From positions 1 through 40,089 of the forward strand of contig JAUCBJ010001149.1 of NCBI GenBank assembly GCA_032718475.1: a stretch of 40,089 bases of DNA, given 5' to 3'. Below are positions 23,283-33,185 of this stretch, piece after piece. This stretch comes from Nemertoderma westbladi. Lineage: Eukaryota > Animalia > Xenacoelomorpha. The translations under genes were made by a program, and so were the position numbers. The stretch's first letter is position 1, and the number at the start of each line of letters is the position of its first letter. The notes beneath the pieces are model-generated. The model did no database searches and was not told where the DNA came from. It was given only the letters and a program-made list of their open reading frames with translations.

Positions 23283-24517
23283 ATGTCTGACACAAAACGG
23301 GCACTGTCAGATAGTCTTTTGGAAGGTGTTAGAATGAGTCTTAGACTTGGACAGGGTCTTGAAAGGAAGATGGCAGAGGCAATGGCAACAGCAGAAGCGG
23401 AAAGAAAGGCGGCAGAGGCAATGGCAACAGCAGAAGCGGAAAGAAAGGCGGCAGAGACAATGGCAACAGCAGAAGCGGAAAGAAAGGCGGCAGAGGCAAT
23501 GACAACAGTAGAAGCGGAAAGAAAGATAGAGACACCTATACTCCCAGAACCTGCCTATAAATTCCCTTTGTACAGTACTAAACTACCTGTGCCCAGTAGG
23601 ACTGTTCCCGAGTCCGAACCCGTCCTGGACGCCGAGCGAGATATCAAGAATTTATCGCCCGTTGTCTCTCGCTCGCCCGCTACTACGTTGGCGACTCCCG
23701 CTTCGGCGGTTGAGTGGGTAGCTGAGGGACGACGGGAGATGGGTCTCCTGCTCGAGCAGCTGAGGGAACACTGTTTGTGCTCCTCTCAGCAGGTCCGGGA
23801 AATGGAAGAGACTGTCCAGCAGCTCAAGGGAACAGTAAGGGAAAGTAGGTTAGAGTTGCAAAAGGTGCAGCAAAGTATCGCGTTAGAACGCGATAAATTA
23901 GTCAATTTACAAAAGGGTATACCACCACCCCCTGTAACAATGTGTCAACCCGTTAGGTCTGAAGTATCTCATGCGCAAGGTGTGGAGCCTACACGCATCT
24001 ATACTGCTAGTGAAGTAGAAACTCCTATAGTAAACCCTATTCAGGGTGATTATAAACCTGTTGATAATAATATTCCATATAGACCTGATCATAATCCGAG
24101 AAATTTATATACCGATAATTCTATATTCAATAATACGATGGCTCAAGAAAGGTTTACGCGTCAAATGGCTAGAACCGAAGCCCGTCAAGCGGTAAAGGTT
24201 GGAGAGATCGTCAAGTTCAATGGAGATGAGATGAAATGGTTACCTTTTAATGAATATTACAAAGATAACATACAGAATTCTGTGCTATCTAACGGAGAGA
24301 AACTCAGATACCTCATCGAATGCTTGGAAGGACCTCCCAAGTTAATGGCGTTAAAATTTATTGGACATCCAGATGGATTAAGACAAGTTTGGGATACATT
24401 AAACATCAGGTATGGTAATAGGACTAACATAGCTAGGTATTTATATGCGAAATTAATGGCGCCCCGAAAGTTTCTTAGCAGCGGGTTTATAGAATTTTCC
24501 GATGAGATTCAGGAGAT
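23283..24517 (+). CDS. BEL/Pao gag, predicted exon 1 (the unspliced ORF stops at 24542)
   Basis: Four 39-bp repeats encoding AEAMATAEAERKA, a coiled coil, then the Pao gag core FNGDEMKWLPF...LSNGEKLRYLIECLEG...WDTLNIRYG. Confidence 0.85.
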
Positions 24518-25532
24518 GCCTAAGGAGGTGAGGTCTCTATAGGGGTGTCTCCAACAGGCGGCGGCGGACTCGTGAGGGTCTGGGGGCACGTTAAATTGAA
24601 TCTATAGTGCAAGGGAGTTACTGAAGGCCCTCGTGTCTTACGAACCATGAATCAACATGGTGCCGTGGTACCGTCTAGTCGGCCTGTTGCCGTACTGCCA
24701 GTCCTGTACACATTAGGGGTGGTGGCTTAGTGTGATCTGTGGTTTGTGTGTGTACGTGGTATATGTGAGCGTGTGTGTGGCCACTGCGAGTGAGTGTGGG
24801 AAACCTTGCCGGTTGGTTCAGTCGCTGCCGGTTATTAGTAGGACCATATTTTACTGCGCCCCAGCATACTTTGTGCACACAAAGTTATTTTACCCTGTCG
24901 GTAAAATAAAGTACTCTCGACTCTTTATTAGTCGATACAATTTTGTCCCCTCTGATTTTGTCACTGATTTTGTCTTCCCCGATTATGTCCTCTGTGTGTG
25001 CATGGTATGCGTCAGATTTGTGTTTACCGTTGTGTACTTGATTTCGTGAGCATCTATTGAGTACACGTGTACAGTGACTGGTAAGTGGTGACTTGTTCCT
25101 AGCTTTCGAGCTAGTCAGTATTGTTTGCGGAACCGACTTCCCCTCAATACTGCCGGCGAGGCGGGTGAAAACGTGTCAATATTCCATGTTGGGTAGCGCA
25201 AGCCCACTTGGGACAAGACCGTCGGTTTGGCTCAAGGGCGACCTTGATGCTCGATCGCTATCGACTGGTCCACCCGCCGGTTGACTCTCTGAGTTGGCTC
25301 AATGTACAGTCAGGCCACAGTAAGTTGACAGTAGGCGAATTTTTCTACTTCGTTCGGCTACACACGACGAGCTGTGCCGGTGTGATCGGGGGATTGAAAA
25401 TTGAACCCGGGAAGCATCGGGCTACCCTCCGGCCCGGTCTGATAAAAACGGAGTCGGACTGGCCCCAGGGGTGGTGGAAAGGTGTCCGCCTCGTGGGTGC
25501 GCCTCGGGGAGGAGCCCAGAAGGACACAAGCG
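24518..25532 (+). ncRNA. Group I self-splicing intron (subgroup ID-like) within gag, no homing endonuclease ORF
   Basis: P1 GGAGAU|GCCU with GGGUGUCUCC (U.G at the splice site); P3 GGCGGGUG (25160-67)/CACCCGCC (25271-78); Q-like AAGACCGUCGGUU; R-like AUCGCUAUCGACUG; S-like AAUGUACAGUCA; P7 GACUG/CAGUC; P8; terminal G at 25532. Removal restores the frame. Exact splice sites are inferred. Confidence 0.85.
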
Positions 25533-27489
25533 CTGTAGACAGCTAGATTGGTTAGGTAAGTCTCATGAATACCAGAACTCTATGGTTGTAGGAGCCTTAG
25601 CATCTACTTTACCAAAGGGTGGAGTAGGTACACGCTGGGACAAGAAAGTGTTATATATGATGGAACAACAACAACGAGACCCTACCATGGCTGATCTCAT
25701 GTCCTTCTTAGATAGTGAAGTAAAATTACAACTCATAAAGCAGTCCAGAGAGAAAACATGGGAAAATAAGGTAAGTGAGAAACCCGTTTCTAGGAGAAGG
25801 GTAACACCAGTGTGTTATACTGACGACGACGAAAGCCAAGTCTCTCAGGAAGAGGACAGCGGGAAAGACACAGCAAAATCCTACTATGACAACAAGACCT
25901 ATAAAGACGTAAGTAAATATAAGTCTCGAACCAGTGACAGGAGAGAACAGGTAACAACAACTCCTCCTACGTCTCCTAAGAGAATTCACGGAAGAAAGCC
26001 CGAAGAAAGAACGAGAGTGCATAACGTTACCCAAGGTAAAGTGAGTAACATCAAACCTGTGCTGTGCGACGGGCCCCACCGTTTGAGTGTGTGTGCTGAA
26101 TTCCTAAAGAAATCCCTGGTAGACAGACGTGAAGTCATGTGGGATAAGCGGTTATGCTATAATTGCCTCAGACCAGGACACCAACGGCGAACCTGTTACT
26201 CCGAAGTAAAGTGTGCAAAGTGCGGTGCGAAACATCACATCTTGTTACGCAGTGAATTCGAACGAAACAACCCGAGTCAGGTAAGTGAGCCCGAACTACA
26301 TGTCCAATTCAGTGATGTAAATGACAATGATCAAGAGTCTGAGATGGAAGGATTCTATACGGACGAATTCTCCGACGCCAACGAATCCTGTTACCTAATA
26401 AATACCGCAGTGTATCGAGCACTTACGTATGAAAAGGACACCGACAATGAGTTCCTCCCAACTACCTTTGACAGACAACCATCTTGGAAACCTCCAACTT
26501 CCAACGTAGGAATCAGAGAATTTCCTGTAGTGCAGGTAAGAGTTCACGGTCCCAACAAAAGTTACATAGTGAACGCCCTCCTTGACTCCGGCAGCACAGG
26601 AACATTCATCGATCAAGAACTAGCCGAAGACATCTTTACTGGACAACCCAAATTCCGAACTAAGTTGGATATGTCAGGAATTATGCAGGTTTGGAAATCT
26701 ACCATAACGGCAGATTACTATGTAGGTGCGTTGTCCACCCCCCAGGATAAATTAGGAGCACAAGGTATAAGGTCGGTAAAAATGGTGGCTATAAAGAACT
26801 TCGCTACTACTCAAGCAGACCTTTATAATTGGGACGAGGATGAGAGCATCCAACATCTTAAGATACCTCGATTCCAGACAGATTATCCTGGAGTGCAAAT
26901 ACTCATCGGCCAAAACGCGCATGAGGCGCTCGAGACATTGGAGAAACGGCCTGCTCAACCGCAGCCACTGCAAACCTATGCGGTAAGAACTAGAGTAGGT
27001 TGGTACTTCACTGGCCCTTCCCGTAGAACTCTCAAAGAGAGATTACCTCAACAACAGGTATACCAAGTAAAGGAATGGGAAGTGGAGAGCAGTGATGTGG
27101 ACGATCCAACTGAGGGAACACCATACTCCTCAGATAATGACGATATTAACTCCAATGTAGATCAATGGAGACATTGCCTTGGGACGATTAATCCAGCCGA
27201 CATCGCTTCCAGAGGAGCAACTCCTCAAGAACTGATAGATACTCCAGGCTGGTTAGGTGGATCCGACTTCTTAAGTAAAGAAGAAGAAGAATGGCCTCCT
27301 CATCTTACCCCGGCGGAGATTAGACAGGCCAAGGGAGCGGAGAAAGTAACACAACAACTCAATCGCCCAGCTGGTCGTTTATGTTTACTGGAAAGAGACC
27401 GAAAACTGTCCGGAAACTATGGAAGGCAAGATACTCTTCCTACGACCACTTCCCTAATCCGACAAATATCTAGGGACTCCATAACGTAA
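25533..27489 (+). CDS. BEL/Pao gag C-terminus + aspartic protease + RNase H C-terminal remnant, predicted exon 2 (spliced product 1063 aa)
   Basis: LDWLG...LASTLP...W gag continuation; knuckles CYNCLRPGHQRRTC and CAKCGAKHH; ALLDSGS (DSG at 26584); QILIG; YAVRTRVGW; then directly QWRHCLGTINPADIASRG...WLGGSDFL...WP. Confidence 0.87.
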
Positions 27490-29019
27490 TAACATATGGA
27501 GTGGGCGTGTGACTATATCATTTTATATTTGTTTTTATTTTATATTTATGTATGTATTATTATGTAATTTTATTATAATCGTTTTCTTTAATTTTATTTA
27601 GTAGAATGTTATTTTAGTGATTATTTAGTAGATTAGTGCAATATATTAGTGTTTATTACGTACGTAATTACTTATAATATATATTTAGTGCGACGGCGAG
27701 AAATAATTATTTTTCTCTTTCCTTACTGTCCGTATCATATTATAAATACGTGACTACAGTAAGATGAAATGTCCGTACTTATTAAAGTACAATAAAGCTC
27801 CTACTATACTTAAGTATTATTGGTAGGCAGAGTATTAGGAATGCAAAGTTCAGATCCTCGTGTCTCGGCTAAACCAAGCTCTGGGTAGACCTTGGAAACG
27901 ACTTGCCTCTTCACACTGACATTGCTTCGTGCGATATTGCTCTCATACCATATATAATAATACATATAGTAGCGTGATGTCCCTCTAACAGTAGCGTGAA
28001 ACGCAAATAAATCTGTTAAACCTTTTGACCATCTGTAATTCTAGTCGATTAATAATATTAATTAATATTTATTAAAATCTGTAAAATTCGGATCCTTTAA
28101 AATTTCTAGTCAATTAAGATATCGCAGCACTTACCGATACTCTTAAAAGACAAATTTCATAGAATTAAGGATCCTATGTCCCCAGACCTGCTCTGGAATC
28201 AAATTGTGTCAATTTTAACATCAAATAATAAAATTCACGGGAATAAATTTAAATTCATATTTTAAATGAATTTCATAAATTGTCATTTTTGTACAATTTA
28301 TAACATTCCCAAAATTCCATTAATTAATAGATCATGGGAGCGGAGATTCATCCTATTGAGTGTATTAGAGTGCGAGAATCTCCAACATATAGTCAATAGC
28401 CGATAAAATTAATAAAATCATGCATAAAGAGGATATTGACAACTAAAGAATTATTATTAAATAGCATTCCAGCATGTATGCATGAGAATTACCCTAATTC
28501 TACCGCTAGCATTCCATAATGTCACCATAGCAACACCCACGCTAGAATTAGAAGCAAGTTAAGAAAACAATAGAAAGCTTGTCACATTGCATAGCATAGA
28601 GAATACATAGCACACTGTTAGTATCCAAGGATACACAGTAATAACGTGACATTCTGGAAGGCACTGACTAACGGACAAATGGCCTGTATGTGTACAATTG
28701 GTGACAGTTGTGTGGAATTTGTGCGTTTGTAGGTGAATGTTACTGCTAAGGTGTGTTTACAGTAGCTAGTCGCAATTGTGAAAGTAGCCCAACTCTCCTA
28801 TAGAAAGAACCTAAAGTGGATTCAAGCCTTTGGGACGGACAGTGGAGTGACTTGTGCCGGTTATCGTTGTCGTGATGTTGCTACATGTTGGCGTAAACAC
28901 CGCGACGATGGTACATCGGCGCTGAGAATCCCACTGTCCGGGGCGAAGAGAGGTAGGCAGCGACGCCCGCTCGCCTAAACATAAACTCATTACAATATTA
29001 ATAAACTCAGATAGCAGAT

Positions 29020-30468
29020 ATGACGGAGTTGATAGAAGATGATCTTGGTATCAGGGAGCGATATACTCTACCTTTACAAGCATTTGTGGATAGCTTGATA
29101 CGCGATGAAGCCGATCCAACCATTACGGAGGACGATGGTCGTTATATCGAACCGCCGATGTCCCAAGAGCAACTTACGCGTGAATTGGACTATCGAAAAT
29201 TCACCGCTCGCTATACGCATCGTAATAGTACGTATATGGACTTCCTAACTACCGGCCATCCTATCGATTTACATGATACGGACGATGTATACACCGAAAG
29301 GGAAATGGTTCTATTTAAATATCATACCCAGCGGAGTCGTAACGATAAAACGAGAATAGATCACGAAAATTATATTCGTAACAGACTGGGAAGACGAACC
29401 AATATTCCTAGAATCTGAGGAGATTCAGCCTATCGCGCCCGGAACAGCGACAACGATTACATCCTAGAATGGTATCAAGGTCCACAGTGTCTCACTGCGT
29501 ACAATTATCGCCATGCCAACTATGTTTCTCGGCAACGTTGTCGGTTATGCGCATCGAGAGACCATGTTACGCCCATGGACACAAACGTCCGCTGTTCCTA
29601 TTTCCAAGAACAACCGACTATGGAAATTTATTGCGCACATTGCAGACTAAATAACTTGCACATTTTAGCGGTTTGCCCTCAATTTATGACTCAATGTCAC
29701 CACTGTCAACTAAAGGGACACGCCAGTTTCGATTGCCCTTTTAATCACGATTTGGAAAACGTAGATGAAATGATCACACTACGTTACATCAGAGCTTGGG
29801 AAGCGAACGCTGATTTACATTGTGATTCGCGCCATCGTTATTATCCTGGACGCGCTTACGAAGGAATTTATGCGTTCCATCCTTATCTATTCGCTTCTGT
29901 CGAACAGAAATCACGCATATCGAGTTACGAACTACTGAAGCGCGTCGGAGAATGTATTTCAACCAAATTCGTACGCAAATTTCTCAGGAGTGTTAATCCT
30001 AGCGACCTTCATTCCTATAACTTAATAAATTATATCCGTCAGGATCCGGACTATGGAGACTTATTTGTTAACTCACACCCCGAGTTACAGGAAGTATATC
30101 GACGGCCTTACGAATACCGAGCCCGCGAACGCGAGTTGGAAAGAACCGTTAAACCCCGGAGGTTTCGAACTGCCTATGGTCCACCCACGGCTCTCGTTCA
30201 GACCACTCGTAAAGGACCCGTAAGAGCGGCTGTCTTGAAACGAGCTCTCAAAGCCGTTAGAACCCTCTCCCCTGACGTTGATGTCAATCAACCCGGTACT
30301 TCGACTGGCGGATACACCGACCATAATCCTACACCCTCTGATGCAATCATATTGCACCCTTCACCCAGGAGTTATAGCCCTCCTTGTAAAGTGGCTCGCC
30401 CCAAAGAGAAAAGGACTCTGGCTAGCTTTAAAAAACTGCGTAAACGCCGTCCGCGCAAGAAAGACTAA
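29020..30468 (+). CDS. Accessory multi-zinc-knuckle ORF of the LTR element with one in-frame TGA
   Basis: ORFs 29020-29418 and 29575-30468 share a frame, and the 52 codons between them are open. Knuckle-like motifs CRLCASRDH...C, CAHCRLNNLHILAVC and CHHCQLKGHASFDC; basic end KKLRKRRPRKKD. Confidence 0.72.
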
Positions 30469-30546
30469 CTGTTTAGAGTATTTACGTATATTAGAAACTG
30501 TGATTTTGTATATTTTATAGACTCAAATCCCATTTTCTGGGAGCGG

Positions 30547-31816
30547 TGTAAAAGCTTCTGTGGGATATAACTGGCCCCTTTTGCTTCGCAATCCAGTTTC
30601 CCCCCAGGCGCTGGAATACTCTAAAAAGGTTCTCTAACTGTATATATATTCCCCTCGCCCGCAAGGTACCGTTACAGGTGTTTTAACGGACATAAAAGTC
30701 ATTCTTCTATATACGTGCTTTGGCGGACATGGTAAGGCAAAAAACCTGCAATGCACCAAATACCTTTACACGGCTTGGCCTTGATGATTCAGATTGCGAC
30801 ATCTAGCAGCTGGTTGCTGGCATGGAAACAGCCATTGGATGCATGGTTCTTTGTTTGGCTTGAGCCAATCAGAGCGATTTTTTCTGTCGACGTGTAGATA
30901 TTCGGTCGATCATACTAGGAGTGTTCAGTCTTACTGTTTTTTTGTGATACTGTTGTGTCATTGCTATCTAGGCCAGGAACACCGGCTCTAGAGTCAATTC
31001 GTTTTCATACTTTAGAAGAAACATTAGTAGGCTTAAATTATAGAGCGTATAACTGTTATCTTCACACATCATATATCAATTCATATCAACTTGTTTCTAT
31101 TCTTGCATTATCGGTTCAACATACATTATTATACTGCTATTTACTGTTGTGTTTTGGTTGAATATTATTTGGAGAACATATATAAAGAACCCAAATTTCC
31201 CAATTTTCTTGATACACTACAGGTTAGAGAGACGGGTTATATATAGCGATTGCGACTTATATTATTGTGTATGTAGTGAATTTAATGCTATTTGATAAGC
31301 ACTACATTGGTCCGTTGCTGTTCTCTTTATATATGATAAAAATCATTGACGGTCGGCAAATTAGTGAGCAGTATTGTGTGTTACCGGTAGTGTGCATGAT
31401 TGTGACTGATAACTAAGCATTTCCTAAAGAATGCGCCTCATACGTGAATCATAAGCCTTACCGACTTGCCATTGTGATTAGTATAAGTCATATCTCTGTT
31501 TACCTAGATAGAGCGCCACGTCCTAAAGGAACGGTTAATATTTCCCGAAAGTGAATAATATTAGTCAGAAATTATTTATTAACGATCAATCGAATAATAC
31601 AATACAGTAAGCTTACACTGCAATAATAATCTAAGCCCTCAGAATCCAGTCTCCCGGGTATATCCAGCGGGTGAATGGACGCGCACTAGGCTGGCTTCTG
31701 CTAATGTTGTGTTTATTGGTATTAAATATTTGTCATCTTCTAAAGTCTATTTATAAACCAAAAGACATATAAATTTTGGCAGGTTAAACTGCTAAAGGTC
31801 TTCAAAAGCGCGTACA
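30547..31816 (+). repeat. 3' LTR (1270 bp)
   Basis: Direct repeat of 19819-21088, followed by the TACTT TSD. Confidence 0.96.
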
Positions 31817-31890
31817 TACTTTTTTTGTCAGGCAGTCAGGCGATATTATTTGGCGAGCGTAGCGCAGTAGCGCGATAAATAAGAAAGCAA
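31817..31890. repeat. Right arm (74 bp) of the split palindrome
   Basis: Reverse complement of 19731-19813. Confidence 0.92.
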
Positions 31891-32569
31891 TCAGTCAAAA
31901 CTCAAAAGTCATAAATTACGCGGATGACATGATGAGGTGTAAAAACTTAAACAGTCTGTTTAAGTGCGTGCAAAGTGCTGAAGTGAGACCCTGAGAAAAA
32001 TAATTCGCCACAAAAAATTTTTGAATTTCGCTCGCATTTATTTTCCATTTTGCATCTTCTTTTCGGTCCTACAGTCAAACAGTCTGCAGTCCTATGAGTT
32101 ACCCCAAAAAAACCCCAAAATAGTATAGAACTACCCCAAAATAGTTGAAAATTACCCCAAACTGCCAAATACTGAAATACCCCAAAATAGTTAAAAATCA
32201 ACCCAAAATAGTTTACAATTACCGTCAGACCGTAAATTAGCTGACTAGGGTGACTTGATACCGGTAAACTTTTTTTGATGTTTTATACATAACAGCATAG
32301 GCCTAACTTGAAAACGAAAAGTAAATGAGACAGTGAGATGGATGGTAGATTTAACAGTGTGCAGGTGTGATAATGATAGAAGAAAACTTCCTCTATGCCA
32401 GTATGCCACTAGATAATGTTTTTTGAGAAAAACATTTATACGGTATCTAATTATCTAGGGGTCCTACTAAAAGCCGCAATTTACTGCAACTTACCGCACT
32501 TCACCGTACCGGTAACTAACTGCAATTTATCGCAACTACAGGTATGTCATTTTCAAGCAGCCTCATCTG

Positions 32570-32670
32570 TCATCTAATGGTCTAGTGGTGACAAACTTAG
32601 GCTTCCACGTAGGAGGCCCTGGTTCGATCCCTTGACCAGACAACGCTGTTTTGCAGCGCTTTAAAAACAA
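32570..32670 (+). mobile_element. tRNA-derived SINE head fragment
   Basis: A box TGGTCTAGTGG (32578), B box GGTTCGATCCC (32621); no good acceptor stem; organised like the SINE at 7605. Confidence 0.55.
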
Positions 32671-32697
32671 CAAAATTTATAATTAATGCTGTAATGT

Positions 32698-33116
32698 GGG
32701 TGTACTACTAGGATCGGCATGCTGCATTGCAGCTGCATTTTTAAGAATGCTGTGCCGGCTTGTCAACAAAATTGCACCGCCACAACTCCCTATCACCCAT
32801 GACATTTGCTAGATCATCCGCATCTTTAAGGCCAGTGTCCTTTAAGATGCGTCTCAAGAAAGTCATGGGCTGTAAATGTAAATGTGGGTGTAAACGCTAC
32901 GCCAACAACTGACAACCACTGCCGACAACAGCAAAAATGAAAATGTAACCTGAGTTCGTGACTCTAGTTTATTGTTTTGGTTATAATAACCTTTCACTGT
33001 AACCTGTTCCTTTCCCTCAATTTATAATTAACATTAATTAACTTTAATAATGGTTGTCGGCGTTGACTGTCGGTTGTCGGCGTTGGCTGTCGGTTGTCGG
33101 TGTAGCGTTTACACCC
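32698..33116. mobile_element. Mutator-like (MULE) MITE
   Basis: TIR GGGTGTAAACGCTAC / GTAGCGTTTACACCC with subterminal GACAAC/GTTGTC repeats; 9-bp TSD CTGTAATGT (32689-32697 / 33117-33125). Confidence 0.8.
32705..32873 (-). mobile_element. 5'-truncated RTE 3' end inserted into the MITE's left terminus
   Basis: Reverse complement of about 38721-38890; 12-bp TSD AATGTGGGTGTA (32693-32704 / 32881-32892). Confidence 0.88.
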
Positions 33117-33185
33117 CTGTAATGTGATCAATATAAAACCAATAGGTATATCAGTATGTTAACATTAGACTGTTAGATGGTCCTA

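Larger units (their letters stand above)
19819..31816 (+). mobile_element. BEL/Pao LTR retrotransposon, recent non-autonomous deletion derivative
   Basis: TGT...ACA LTRs; 5-bp TSD TACTT (19814-19818 / 31817-31821); Pao-type gag, zinc knuckles, LLDSGS protease and WRH..NPAD.ASRG RNase H tail; RT and integrase absent; short purine tract GGGAGCGG before the 3' LTR. Confidence 0.93.

Noticed and set aside
24518-25532. Group II intron or nested DNA transposon
   Set aside because: No GUGYG start or domain V on either strand; no TIRs or convincing TSD.
24528-25542. Spliceosomal GT-AG intron (GAG|GTGAGG...ACAG|CTA), also 1015 nt and frame-restoring
   Set aside because: Disfavoured rather than excluded: there is no pyrimidine tract, it puts a proline in a predicted helix (QEMPKEL), and it does not explain the group I core, P1 or P10. 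RNA-seq junctions would decide.
27826-27915. HDV-like ribozyme around AGA-TCCTCGTG-TCT
   Set aside because: An L3-like loop is present, but the P1 partner does not follow P3 directly and P2/P4 are weak.
29020-30468. Envelope gene
   Set aside because: No signal peptide or transmembrane helix; the cysteines form knuckle patterns.
32570-32645. Functional tRNA-Gly gene
   Set aside because: A and B boxes are present, but the acceptor and anticodon stems do not pair well; better explained as a SINE head.
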